64,000 nucleotides of DNA from Anaerolineae bacterium. Its GTDB lineage: Bacteria > Chloroflexota > Anaerolineae > S140-20. Shown piece after piece: positions 21,549-30,200 of the stretch. The position numbers and the translations under genes are program-made. Under the pieces are notes generated by a model. That model was given only the letters and a program-made list of their open reading frames with translations, did not search any database and was not told the origin of the DNA. Where the stretch lies: contig JALUTT010000003.1 of the NCBI GenBank assembly GCA_027021705.1, positions 1 to 64,000 of the forward strand, written 5' to 3'. Each line of letters starts with the position of its first letter. The first letter of the stretch is position 1.

Positions 21549-23657
21549 ATGAAACGTTACTATCCGCAGCGACGGGTCCTACGGAGGCTGGAGAGGGGAT
21601 GGACCCGCATCGAGGTCCTCCTAAACCGGCTGACGTCCGACAAGGTGGACGGGCAGGTCCGCCCCTGGAACCCGCTCTACCACCTGGGGACCCTCGCCAT
21701 CTTCCTCCTCATCGTGCTGGCGGTCACCGGCACCTACCTGACCATCTTCTACCGTCCAGGCGCGGACCGGGCCTACGAAACGGTGATGGGCATCAGCCAC
21801 TCCTGGCTGGGATCGCTGATGCGCACCGTCCACCGCTACGCCGCCGACGGCCTGCTCCTGGTGATCCTGTTGCACGCCCTCAAGATGTTCCTGAGCGATC
21901 GCTTCTGGGGCAGCCGCTGGCTGGCCTGGGTGTCGGGATGGCTCCTGCTGATCCTGATCTGGATCATCGGTGTGATGGGTTATTGGCTGGTGTGGGACCA
22001 GCGAGCCCAATGGCTCACCGAGTACGCCATCGGCCTGCTGAAAGGGGCCTTCGCCCTGGCTTTCATCACCCCGGAGATCGCCTCCCGAACCTTCGCCTTC
22101 TTTGTGATCATCCTCTTCCTACACATCTTCCTAAGCGTCCTGATCGTCCTGGGCATTCTGGTGCACGAACTGCGCCTCTCCCGCGCCCGCTGGTGGTCCC
22201 CCCGCTGGCTGATGGTCGGGACCGGCCTGGTCCTGGTGGCCCTAGCGCTGGCGCGACCTGCGACCAACGCCCCTCCGGCCGACCTGAGCCGGCTGGTCGG
22301 GACGATCTCCCTAGACCACTGGTACCTGGGGTTCCTGCGGCCCACCTCTCTGTGGGGCAACCTCCCCTTCTGGGGAGCGGCCGGCCTGGTGATGGCGGTG
22401 CTTTTGGCCCTGCCCTGGCTGGCCCGGGGACGGACGATGGGGCCGGCCGTGGTGGCGGAGCCCGCTTGCACCGGCTGCACCCTCTGCTTCCAACAGTGCC
22501 CCTACGAGGCCATTGAGATGCGCCCCCGCACCGACGAGGCCCCCTATCCCTCTAGGGCCGTCGTCAACCCTGCCCTGTGCACCGGCTGCGGCATCTGCGT
22601 CGGCACCTGTGCGCCAGGAGGGATGGAACTGATCGGCTTGCCAACCTCACGACTACGCGAAACGATCCGGGAGGCCCTGGCCTCCGCCCGCGCTGCCGGT
22701 CAGGCCCCGGTGGTCATCTTCACCTGTCAACGCCACACTACCCTGGGCTCCCTCCCCGAAGCCCTCCCCGACCCAGAGCCGACGAAGGTCTTCTCCCAAC
22801 CCCTCCTGCTACGGCATGCCTGGAGCGGGAGCAACCCCCATCTCCTCCCCCTGGTGAGCCTCTCCCTCCCCTGCGCGGGCATGCTCCAGCCGACGTGGGC
22901 ACGGGAGAGCCTGAAGGCGGGAGCCCGGGCCGTGCTCGTCCTGAGCTGCCCCGAAGATGACTGCGCCTTCCGCGAGGGGCCTCGCTGGCTGGCCGAACGG
23001 CTGGGCCGCCGCCACGCCCTCGTGCGCCAGGGTGTCTATTGGCTGGAGGCCGCTCCCGGCGACCGCCACGCTGTGACGACTCTGCTGACCCGCATCGCCG
23101 CCGGGGCCCCGGCGGACGAGCAGCCGCCAGCGGATACCCCTCAGCAGCGCGGCTGGCGTGGGATCGCCCGACGCTTGCGCTCGGGCCTTGTTGCCCTGGC
23201 TTTGCTGACCCTCACCTTCGGCCTGGCCCTGACCGCCGAACGTCCCACCACCGCCTCCACCCTCAACACGAGCATGATCCGGCTGGGCCTCGCCCACCCG
23301 GGGAAGCTCAAAGCACCCTCGTCGGAGATCGCTCCTGAAGTGATGACCAAGCTGCCCGACAGCGTTGCCCCCGAACAGGTCCTGGGCGGTGAACGGTTCC
23401 CCGTGCACTTGCGCGTCGAGGTGGATGGGAAGACGGTCCTAGAGCGCACCTACCGTCCCCGGGGGCTGCGGCGCGAAGGGATAACCTACGGACTGGAGAG
23501 TTGGACTCTGTCGCCAGGGAGCTACAGGATCCGTATCTGGATGATGGACGATGGAGAGGCGTGGCGGCTTGTCTTCGACGATCGGGTGGAGGTGGAGGCC
23601 GGTCGTGTCCGAACTCTGCTCTACGACGAAGAGGGAGCGGTCTTCCACCTGCACTGA
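21549..23657 (+). CDS. Cytochrome b / 2x[4Fe-4S] / MvhD(FlpD)-like fusion membrane protein
   Basis: Four heme-b His (VHRY...LHALK; LHIF...VHEL), CTGCTLCFQQCP and CTGCGICVGTC, LPCAGM...SCPEDDCAFREG, then a TM helix and an external C-terminal domain. Confidence 0.85.
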   Translation: MKRYYPQRRVLRRLERGWTRIEVLLNRLTSDKVDGQVRPWNPLYHLGTLAIFLLIVLAVTGTYLTIFYRPGADRAYETVMGISHSWLGSLMRTVHRYAADGLLLVILLHALKMFLSDRFWGSRWLAWVSGWLLLILIWIIGVMGYWLVWDQRAQWLTEYAIGLLKGAFALAFITPEIASRTFAFFVIILFLHIFLSVLIVLGILVHELRLSRARWWSPRWLMVGTGLVLVALALARPATNAPPADLSRLVGTISLDHWYLGFLRPTSLWGNLPFWGAAGLVMAVLLALPWLARGRTMGPAVVAEPACTGCTLCFQQCPYEAIEMRPRTDEAPYPSRAVVNPALCTGCGICVGTCAPGGMELIGLPTSRLRETIREALASARAAGQAPVVIFTCQRHTTLGSLPEALPDPEPTKVFSQPLLLRHAWSGSNPHLLPLVSLSLPCAGMLQPTWARESLKAGARAVLVLSCPEDDCAFREGPRWLAERLGRRHALVRQGVYWLEAAPGDRHAVTTLLTRIAAGAPADEQPPADTPQQRGWRGIARRLRSGLVALALLTLTFGLALTAERPTTASTLNTSMIRLGLAHPGKLKAPSSEIAPEVMTKLPDSVAPEQVLGGERFPVHLRVEVDGKTVLERTYRPRGLRREGITYGLESWTLSPGSYRIRIWMMDDGEAWRLVFDDRVEVEAGRVRTLLYDEEGAVFHLH

Positions 23658-23769
23658 GCGCCGCACCCGGCTCAGGCCGCCAGACCATCGAGTCGTTGAA
23701 GGTGGAGCCCCCATCGGCCCAGCATGCTGGCATCCATCCGGCGCAGGCCGGGGAAAGGTGGAAAGCACG

Positions 23770-24720
23770 ATGACTTTTGAGCACGATCTGGTGGAATCAG
23801 GAGAGGTGCTGCCGGTGGCGGCGATCGCCCCGCCCAAGGCCGGGAGAGCCACTTCTCTCCTCCTCTGGCTGCGGGCGCTCCCCACCCTCTGCAAGCTGCG
23901 CGTCGTCGCCCTGTTGCTCTTCGCCGCAACGGGAGGGGCCCTCCTGGGGGCCGGTGGCTGGCCGGGGCTGGGGCGGATGCTGGTGCTCCTGGTGACAGGA
24001 GGGATGGCCGCCTCGGGAGCCTCGGCTCTGAACCAGTACTTGGAGCAGGAGACCGACGCCCGGATGACCCGCACCCGCCGGCGACCGCTGGTGGTGGGCG
24101 TCATCCCCCAGCCTGACCGGGTGCCCTACGTGGCGGGCGCGATGATCCTGGTGCCCTCCCTGGCGGTGCTCCCCTTCAACCCCGCCCTGACCTTCTTCTT
24201 GCTGTTGGGCGCTGCCATCTATCTAGGCGTCTACACCCTTTGGTTGAAACCGCGCACCCTGTTGAACATCGTCATCGGGGGGGCGGCGGGGAGCGCCGCT
24301 GTGCTTAGCGGAAGCGCAGCCGCCGGCGCGTGGAACGAGCCGGGAGCCGTGGCGCTGGCTCTGTTGGTCTTCCTGTGGACCCCCACCCACTTCTGGAGCC
24401 TGGCCATCGTCTACCGCCACGACTACGCCCGGGGGGGTATTCCGATGCTGCCCCTGCAGACCAGTCCGCGTGCCGCTGCCTTCTGGGTGCTGGTGCACAC
24501 CGGGGCCACGGCGTTGGCGGCCCTGATGCTGGCCGGACACCCGGCCCTGGGGTGGCTCTACCTAGTCCCCGTCGCCGTCGCCAGCGCCGACCTGGTGGTC
24601 CGCAACGCCCGGCTGCTGCGCCACCCCAACGGGCGCGAGGCCCTGTCCCTCTTCAAGGCGTCCAACTTCTACCTGGCCCTGGTGCTGCTGATGATCTGGG
24701 TGGACACCCTGCTTGGGTAA
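23770..24720 (+). CDS. ctaB: Protoheme IX farnesyltransferase (heme o synthase)
   Basis: LNQYLEQETDARMTRTRRRPL, YTLWLKPRT, WTPTHFW, DY..GGIPMLP. Confidence 0.94.
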   Translation: MTFEHDLVESGEVLPVAAIAPPKAGRATSLLLWLRALPTLCKLRVVALLLFAATGGALLGAGGWPGLGRMLVLLVTGGMAASGASALNQYLEQETDARMTRTRRRPLVVGVIPQPDRVPYVAGAMILVPSLAVLPFNPALTFFLLLGAAIYLGVYTLWLKPRTLLNIVIGGAAGSAAVLSGSAAAGAWNEPGAVALALLVFLWTPTHFWSLAIVYRHDYARGGIPMLPLQTSPRAAAFWVLVHTGATALAALMLAGHPALGWLYLVPVAVASADLVVRNARLLRHPNGREALSLFKASNFYLALVLLMIWVDTLLG

Positions 24721-24753
24721 CCACAACCCACCTCTAGTTGCCTGACCGTTGTC

Positions 24754-24790
24754 ACCCTCCCGTAGATCACGGGGGAACCTGCGGGAGGGT
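24754..24790. repeat. REP-like inverted repeat, copy 2
   Basis: ACCCTCCCGTAGAT...ACCTGCGGGAGGGT. Confidence 0.7.
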
Positions 24791-24826
24791 CCAACCCAAG
24801 AACGATACCGCGAAGGAGAGGTTCCA

Positions 24827-25753
24827 ATGGCTGTCTCTACAATGGATCGGACAAAGCCCCTCGTGGGGCGACAATCGCTGCCCCTCCTGGCCCTCTCGAC
24901 GCTGATCAGCACGATCCTGCTGGTGGCGATGGGCAGCATTGTGCGGGTCACCGGCTACGGCCTGGGCTGCCCCGACTGGCCCCTCTGCTACGGACGGGTC
25001 ATCCCGCCGGCCCTGACCGGGGCCTGGATGGAGTTCACCCACCGCCTTATCGGAGCTGCGACCAGCCTCCAGATCGTCCTCCTGGGGGTGCTGGCCTGGC
25101 GTCGCTACCGGAACCGCCCCTGGATCTTCCGTCCGGCGGTGGCCGCCGTCGGCCTGCTGGTCATCCAAGCGGTTCTGGGGGGGCTGCACGTCATCTTCGA
25201 AATCCCGCCTCTCACCGGCTGGATCCACACCGCCCTGGCGATGCTGATCGTGGGGCTGGTGGCCATTCCGCTGGCCCACGCCTCACCGGCGCTCCCGGCC
25301 ATCCGGGGAAGAGGGGAGGAAGCCTCCCCCAGCAGGGCCTTCGTTGCCTGGGTCTCGGGGACGGCGGTGGCTACCTACCTGCTCCTGCTCACCGGCTCCT
25401 ACGTAACCCGCAGCGGTGCCTCCCTCGCCTGCCCATCCTTCCCCCTCTGCGGGGTCCCCGTCGAAAACTCACTGACGCTGATCCAGATGCTCCACCGCTA
25501 CGTGGCCTTCGGCGTCGCCTTCCTGGCTTTGGTGCTGGTCGCCTGGTTGGTGATCGGGCAGACGGACCGGCGGCTGGTGCGCCTGGCCTACGGTCTGGGA
25601 GCCCTGCTCCTCGTCCAGTTTGGGCTGGGCATCGCCAACGTGCTGCTCCGCCTGCCGATGTGGACCCGGGTCCTGCACCTGACCGTCGCAGCCGCCTTCT
25701 GGGCCGGCGTGGTGCTGATCTGGAGCCTCTGCTGGGCTCCCGACAAAGGGTAG
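24827..25753 (+). CDS. ctaA: Heme A synthase family (COX15/CtaA)
   Basis: VRVTGYGLGCPDWPLC, EFTHR, WIH, ACPSFPLC, QMLHR, VLH. Confidence 0.9.
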   Translation: MAVSTMDRTKPLVGRQSLPLLALSTLISTILLVAMGSIVRVTGYGLGCPDWPLCYGRVIPPALTGAWMEFTHRLIGAATSLQIVLLGVLAWRRYRNRPWIFRPAVAAVGLLVIQAVLGGLHVIFEIPPLTGWIHTALAMLIVGLVAIPLAHASPALPAIRGRGEEASPSRAFVAWVSGTAVATYLLLLTGSYVTRSGASLACPSFPLCGVPVENSLTLIQMLHRYVAFGVAFLALVLVAWLVIGQTDRRLVRLAYGLGALLLVQFGLGIANVLLRLPMWTRVLHLTVAAAFWAGVVLIWSLCWAPDKG

Positions 25754-25776
25754 GATAGGGCGACAAGCAGGCCGAG

Positions 25777-25818
25777 GACGAAAGAGGGCGCGGAGTCTCC
25801 TCCGCGCCCTCTTTCGTC
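25777..25818. terminator. Bidirectional terminator-like hairpin between convergent operons
   Basis: 19-bp perfect stem GACGAAAGAGGGCGCGGAG / CTCCGCGCCCTCTTTCGTC. Confidence 0.8.
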
Positions 25819-25841
25819 TCTCCCTCCGATGGGGTTGAAGG

Positions 25842-26966
25842 TCAGTGCCCTTCCCGTCTCTCCAGGGCCCGATAGAGGATCAAGTACATCGCGTGGGACC
25901 AGAGGAGGGGTTTGGCCACCGGCCCCCAACGGGCTTCCCACTCCGAGTAGTGGGCAGGGGCCAGCAGATGGGTGGAGACCTGCTCCGGCAGGTTCCCCTC
26001 CGGGTCGGCCTGGGCCTCGATCCAGCGCAGGAGTGTCTGGGCCCGCTCGCGCTCTCCCGCTTCCACGTAGTACCAACCCAGCCAGCCGGCCAGCAGGACC
26101 CACTCGCCCCCGCCGTAGTAGGTGTCGGCCCGGTAGCGGTGCACGCCGCCGCCCTCGCAGTGCAGCTCGGCCTCGATCCGCGCAGCGGTGGCCTGCATCA
26201 AGGGATCGGTGGGCGAGAGCAGGCGATGAGGGGTGGAGACGCCGATGAGGCTGGCATCCACAGCCGTGGTCAGATCGTCATCAAGGGTCGCCTCCTGCTC
26301 CGGTGGGCAGATCTGCTTGACCAGATGCCCGTCCCGCACGCCGTGGGTCAGCACGAAGCGGTGAACCTCGTCGGCCGTGGCCTGACCATCCAGGTTGAAC
26401 ACCCCCACAGCTCTGGCCGCCTGCAGGCCGGCGTAGATGGCGGATAGGGTGTAGGGGTGCAGGTATTGGGGATGCTCTTCCCACAGGTCGTAGCAAGGGT
26501 AGGCCCAGAGCGCGGCCAGATAGCGGGCTGTGAGCTTCACCGCCTCGCGCCAGGAGGATGGCAGGGTGTACGGATTATCCCCCCGCCGCCGGACGTGCGC
26601 CGCCAAGGCCCAGAGCCAAGTGCCCAGCCCATCGAGCTGGAAGTTGGGCCACTCCTCATCGCCGACCTCTCCGTCGAGGGTGTAGCGCGTGTGCAGGTAG
26701 TCCTCCTCCAAGAGCCGGCCCCGCTCGGCCCGCCGGATCGCCCGTTCCGCCTGCTCTCGGTGACGCAGGATGGTGCGCACGACCCAGTCGTGGAATCGGC
26801 GGGCGCTCTCGTGCTCGCCCACCACGTCCATAGCGTAGGCGATGAAGGCCCCATCCCGGAACCAAGAGTAGTGATAGGTGGGAAAGGTGGGTGAGGCCGG
26901 GTAGGCCCCGCTGGGAGCCTGGTGGGTGAGAATGACCTGGATGCTGTGCTGGGGAAGGTTCACCAT
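25842..26966 (-). CDS. Glycoside hydrolase family 15 (cytoplasmic glucan alpha-glucosidase-like)
   Basis: YSWFRDG, FQLDG, YDLWEE, YYGGGEW, LPEQV, LLWSHA. Confidence 0.9.
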   Translation of the reverse strand: MVNLPQHSIQVILTHQAPSGAYPASPTFPTYHYSWFRDGAFIAYAMDVVGEHESARRFHDWVVRTILRHREQAERAIRRAERGRLLEEDYLHTRYTLDGEVGDEEWPNFQLDGLGTWLWALAAHVRRRGDNPYTLPSSWREAVKLTARYLAALWAYPCYDLWEEHPQYLHPYTLSAIYAGLQAARAVGVFNLDGQATADEVHRFVLTHGVRDGHLVKQICPPEQEATLDDDLTTAVDASLIGVSTPHRLLSPTDPLMQATAARIEAELHCEGGGVHRYRADTYYGGGEWVLLAGWLGWYYVEAGERERAQTLLRWIEAQADPEGNLPEQVSTHLLAPAHYSEWEARWGPVAKPLLWSHAMYLILYRALERREGH

Positions 26967-27015
26967 CGTTGACCATCGCCCCTTTCTGCTGCACTGTGAC
27001 CGTATCTATCAGCCT

Positions 27016-27112
27016 ACCCTCCCGCAGGTCCCCGGTCGAGGGCGCTTTCAGCCCCGATGGGCTATTGGAAGCACGGTTTCGCGTCGGAAACGCGCCTAAC
27101 CTGCGGGAGGGT
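27016..27112. repeat. REP-like inverted repeat, copy 3 (long spacer)
   Basis: ACCCTCCCGCAGGT...ACCTGCGGGAGGGT with a 69-bp interior. Confidence 0.75.
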
Positions 27113-27226
27113 GAACAGTTACCTGTGACCAACCTTCTTCGTCGTCCCCATCTCTCGCGTCAAAGATGTGCCGACGGGGGCGCAGCGGTCCGCCCGGTAC
27201 GGCTTGCTGCGCCCCCGCCCCCCTTC

Positions 27227-30200
27227 TCAGTAGCTGATGGTGATGTCCTGGGTCGTGTTGGCGCCGAGCGTGCCGTAGAGCTTCACCCGCCCGGTGGTGG
27301 CGTCGTAGCTCCAGCTCAACGTCGTGCCGCTCACGCCGGTCGGCTGGGCATCGGTCTGGACGTAGACCTCCACCGAGAGGGCCGTGGGAGTGTTGTTGTC
27401 TAGGTCCACCAACCGCTGATTGGTCCCCTTGGTGACCTTGATGTAGAGGGTGCCGTCCTTCAGCCGGATGCTGGACCCCAGGTAGTTCCAGGCGCTGGGC
27501 AGTTTGGGCGCAACGCTGAGGGCGTTGGCCGTCGCGTCGTAGCGGTAGTCAATGAAGGCCAAGAGATTGTCCACGATCTTGCCGTTGGACTCCCAGACGT
27601 TGGCCCAGGCGGTCTCCAGGGCGAACTGGTCGGGCCGCTTGTTCTCGTCAATCTGCTCGGCCCCCAGCCCCAGGTTGCCCAGGTAGCCGATGAGGTAGTC
27701 CACGTAGGCCTTGGCCCGGTCCACCTTCGCCGTCCCGGTCACCGCGTCGGCCCACTCCAGGTAGTACTCGCTGAGCCAGTCGGTGGGCATCATCCAGGGG
27801 CCGCCGTCGTAGTAGCTGTCCCCGTGGTCCCGGTAGTCGGCACCGTAGAGCTCTTCCTGGTCGGCCCGATAGCGGACGACACCACCGTAGGCCATCTTGG
27901 TCTCGCTGAAGTCGGTGAGGGCCGGCTCCAGGTGCTGCACCGTGCTGACCGCAGCCGTCGTCGTCACCGGCTCGACGGCGAAGGGGGTCACCAGCCCCAG
28001 CATCGAGATGTCGGCCGACACATCGCGGTTCAGTTCCAGGCCGGTGTTGGTGCAGTAGCCCACCTTCTTGACGTAGCGACCGTGGTCGTAGCGGCCCGTG
28101 GTCGCGTTGTAGAGGCTGTTGCGGATCCCCCACTCGAAGTCGGCCTTGCGGCTGTTGAAGGTGTTCTTCCAGGTGGTGTCCCCGATGGCGTCCATGTAGG
28201 CCGCTGCATCCCGCAGCCCGGCCACGATGTTGGCGTTCGAGTAGAGGAAGTAGCCCCACTTGTCCTCCCAGGCGTTCTGGGAGTAGATCAGCTTGAGGGT
28301 GCCGTCGTAGTTGAAGCACTCGTGGGGGTTCTCCGTCGAGGCCACATCGGCCGCCTCCCGGACCAGGTCACCGTAGCTGCTGAGGAAGGTGCTGTCACCG
28401 GTCACCTGGTAGTGGTACCAGGCTCCCCAGGGGATGATCGCCGTCTCGTCCACCTGGGGGTTCCACCACTCCGGCTCGCCGTCCATCGTGTACTTCTGGT
28501 ACCAGTAGCGATGGTAGATGCCGTCATTGCCAATGTCGTTGCTCGAGGTATCGCGCTTGGCGGTGTTCCAGAGCCAGTCGTAGACCTTCGCCGCCACGTC
28601 GTGGATGCCCGCCCGGTCCAGCGTCACCGCGCCGTAGACGGCATCGCGGGGCCAGACGTAGAAGTAAGCGCCGTTGTAGGAGCCGGCCCCCATCCCGCCC
28701 TTCTCGGCGTCAAAGTAGAGGTAGGCGGTGAGCAGGCTGCGCTTGTAGAGGCGGTTGTAGGTCGCGTCGGGCGACTCGAAGGTGGTGGCGTTGGAGAGGA
28801 GAGTCGTCCAGAAGCTCTCCGTGGTGCTGCGCACGCTGTCCAGGTTGGCGTTGCGGAACCAGTCCACCGCCGGCTTGATGTGGCTGGTGTAGAGGTCGGC
28901 CCCCGTGGAGGGCGTGTGGGCCCCCACCAGCAACAGGTCCACCCCCTGGCTGCCGCCGGCCGCGATGGTCAGGTCCTTGGCCAGGTAGGCCGCGTCCGTC
29001 TCTCGGTAGGTCTTGTAGCCGCTGGAGCTCCCCCGCAGCGCCAGGCCGAAGTCCAGCGTGCGGGTGCGACCCGTGCTGGCATCGCCCGGATCGTGGAAGA
29101 AGAGGATGTCGTCGGTGGCGTTGTAGCTCACGCTGTCCTGGGCATCCGCGCCGTTGATGTTCATGTCCTGGTAGTAGAGGAAGGTCGCGTTGAGGGAGGA
29201 AGCGCCGGTGTTCTTCACCGTGTAGCGCTGGATCAGGAGGCCGCGGATGGGGTTGTTGCTGGTGTCGTTGGGGAAGGTGATGTTCTTGGGGATGAAGGCC
29301 GTCTTCACCACCTGCAGCGGCAATGTCTTGTGGGTCGCCGTGAAGACGAGGGTCACCGTGTCGTCCACGTAGCTCTGGCTGTAGTCCCACCAGGTGGGGT
29401 CGTTCAGCCAGTAGTAGGTGCTGCCCACCTTCACCCCGGCGACCGACTTGTAGATGTTCACCTGAGCCCCCTCGGCCCCCACGCTGCCGTCTACCTTGAT
29501 GCCGCTCCAGATGCCCAGGGGCACCATGAAGTCGAAGAGGGAGCCCCGGGCATCGAACTGGGCGAAGGCGTAGTTGTTCCCCGTGATCCCCTCGACCTGG
29601 TAGTAATCGGCCGTGGGAGCGTTGGTGCCGATGGACCAGTCCTGCCCCTCCCAGCGGTCAATGGTCCCGTCGTCGTTGTCATCCCAGGCGAAGGTGAAGT
29701 TGATCTCGGTGCTGCCGCTGAAGGGGCCGATGGTGGCCTCGTAGTCCTCGTAGGGATCGGAGGAGCCGTTGGGCACGAACCAGGTGTCGGTCACGTTGTT
29801 CCAGTTGTCCGTCCCCCAGTGGACGTAGCCGGGCAGCCCCACCCGGAAGGTGAGGTAGTAGCCGTCGGGGAGGCGGTCAATCTGGGTGTCGAAGGCCCAG
29901 ACGTAGGCCGGCTGCACCTCCAGGTAGTCCAGGTTGATGGCGGTGGCGTTCTGCGAGGTGAACCAGAAGACCACTTGGTGCAGCCCCGGCTTGAGGCGGA
30001 CGGTGAGGATGCCGTCGCCCCAGGTATCCCAGTTAGCCAGCGACTTCATCGTCACCCGACCGGCGTACTGGCCGTCAACGTAGACGTCGCGGGTGGCGGT
30101 GGAGCCGGTGGCGTTGGCGTAGCGGAAGCGCAGGACGTAGTCGTCTTCGGTGGGCGCGTAGACAAGGAAGGAGACGCCGTCGTTAACGCTCTCGAAGAGG

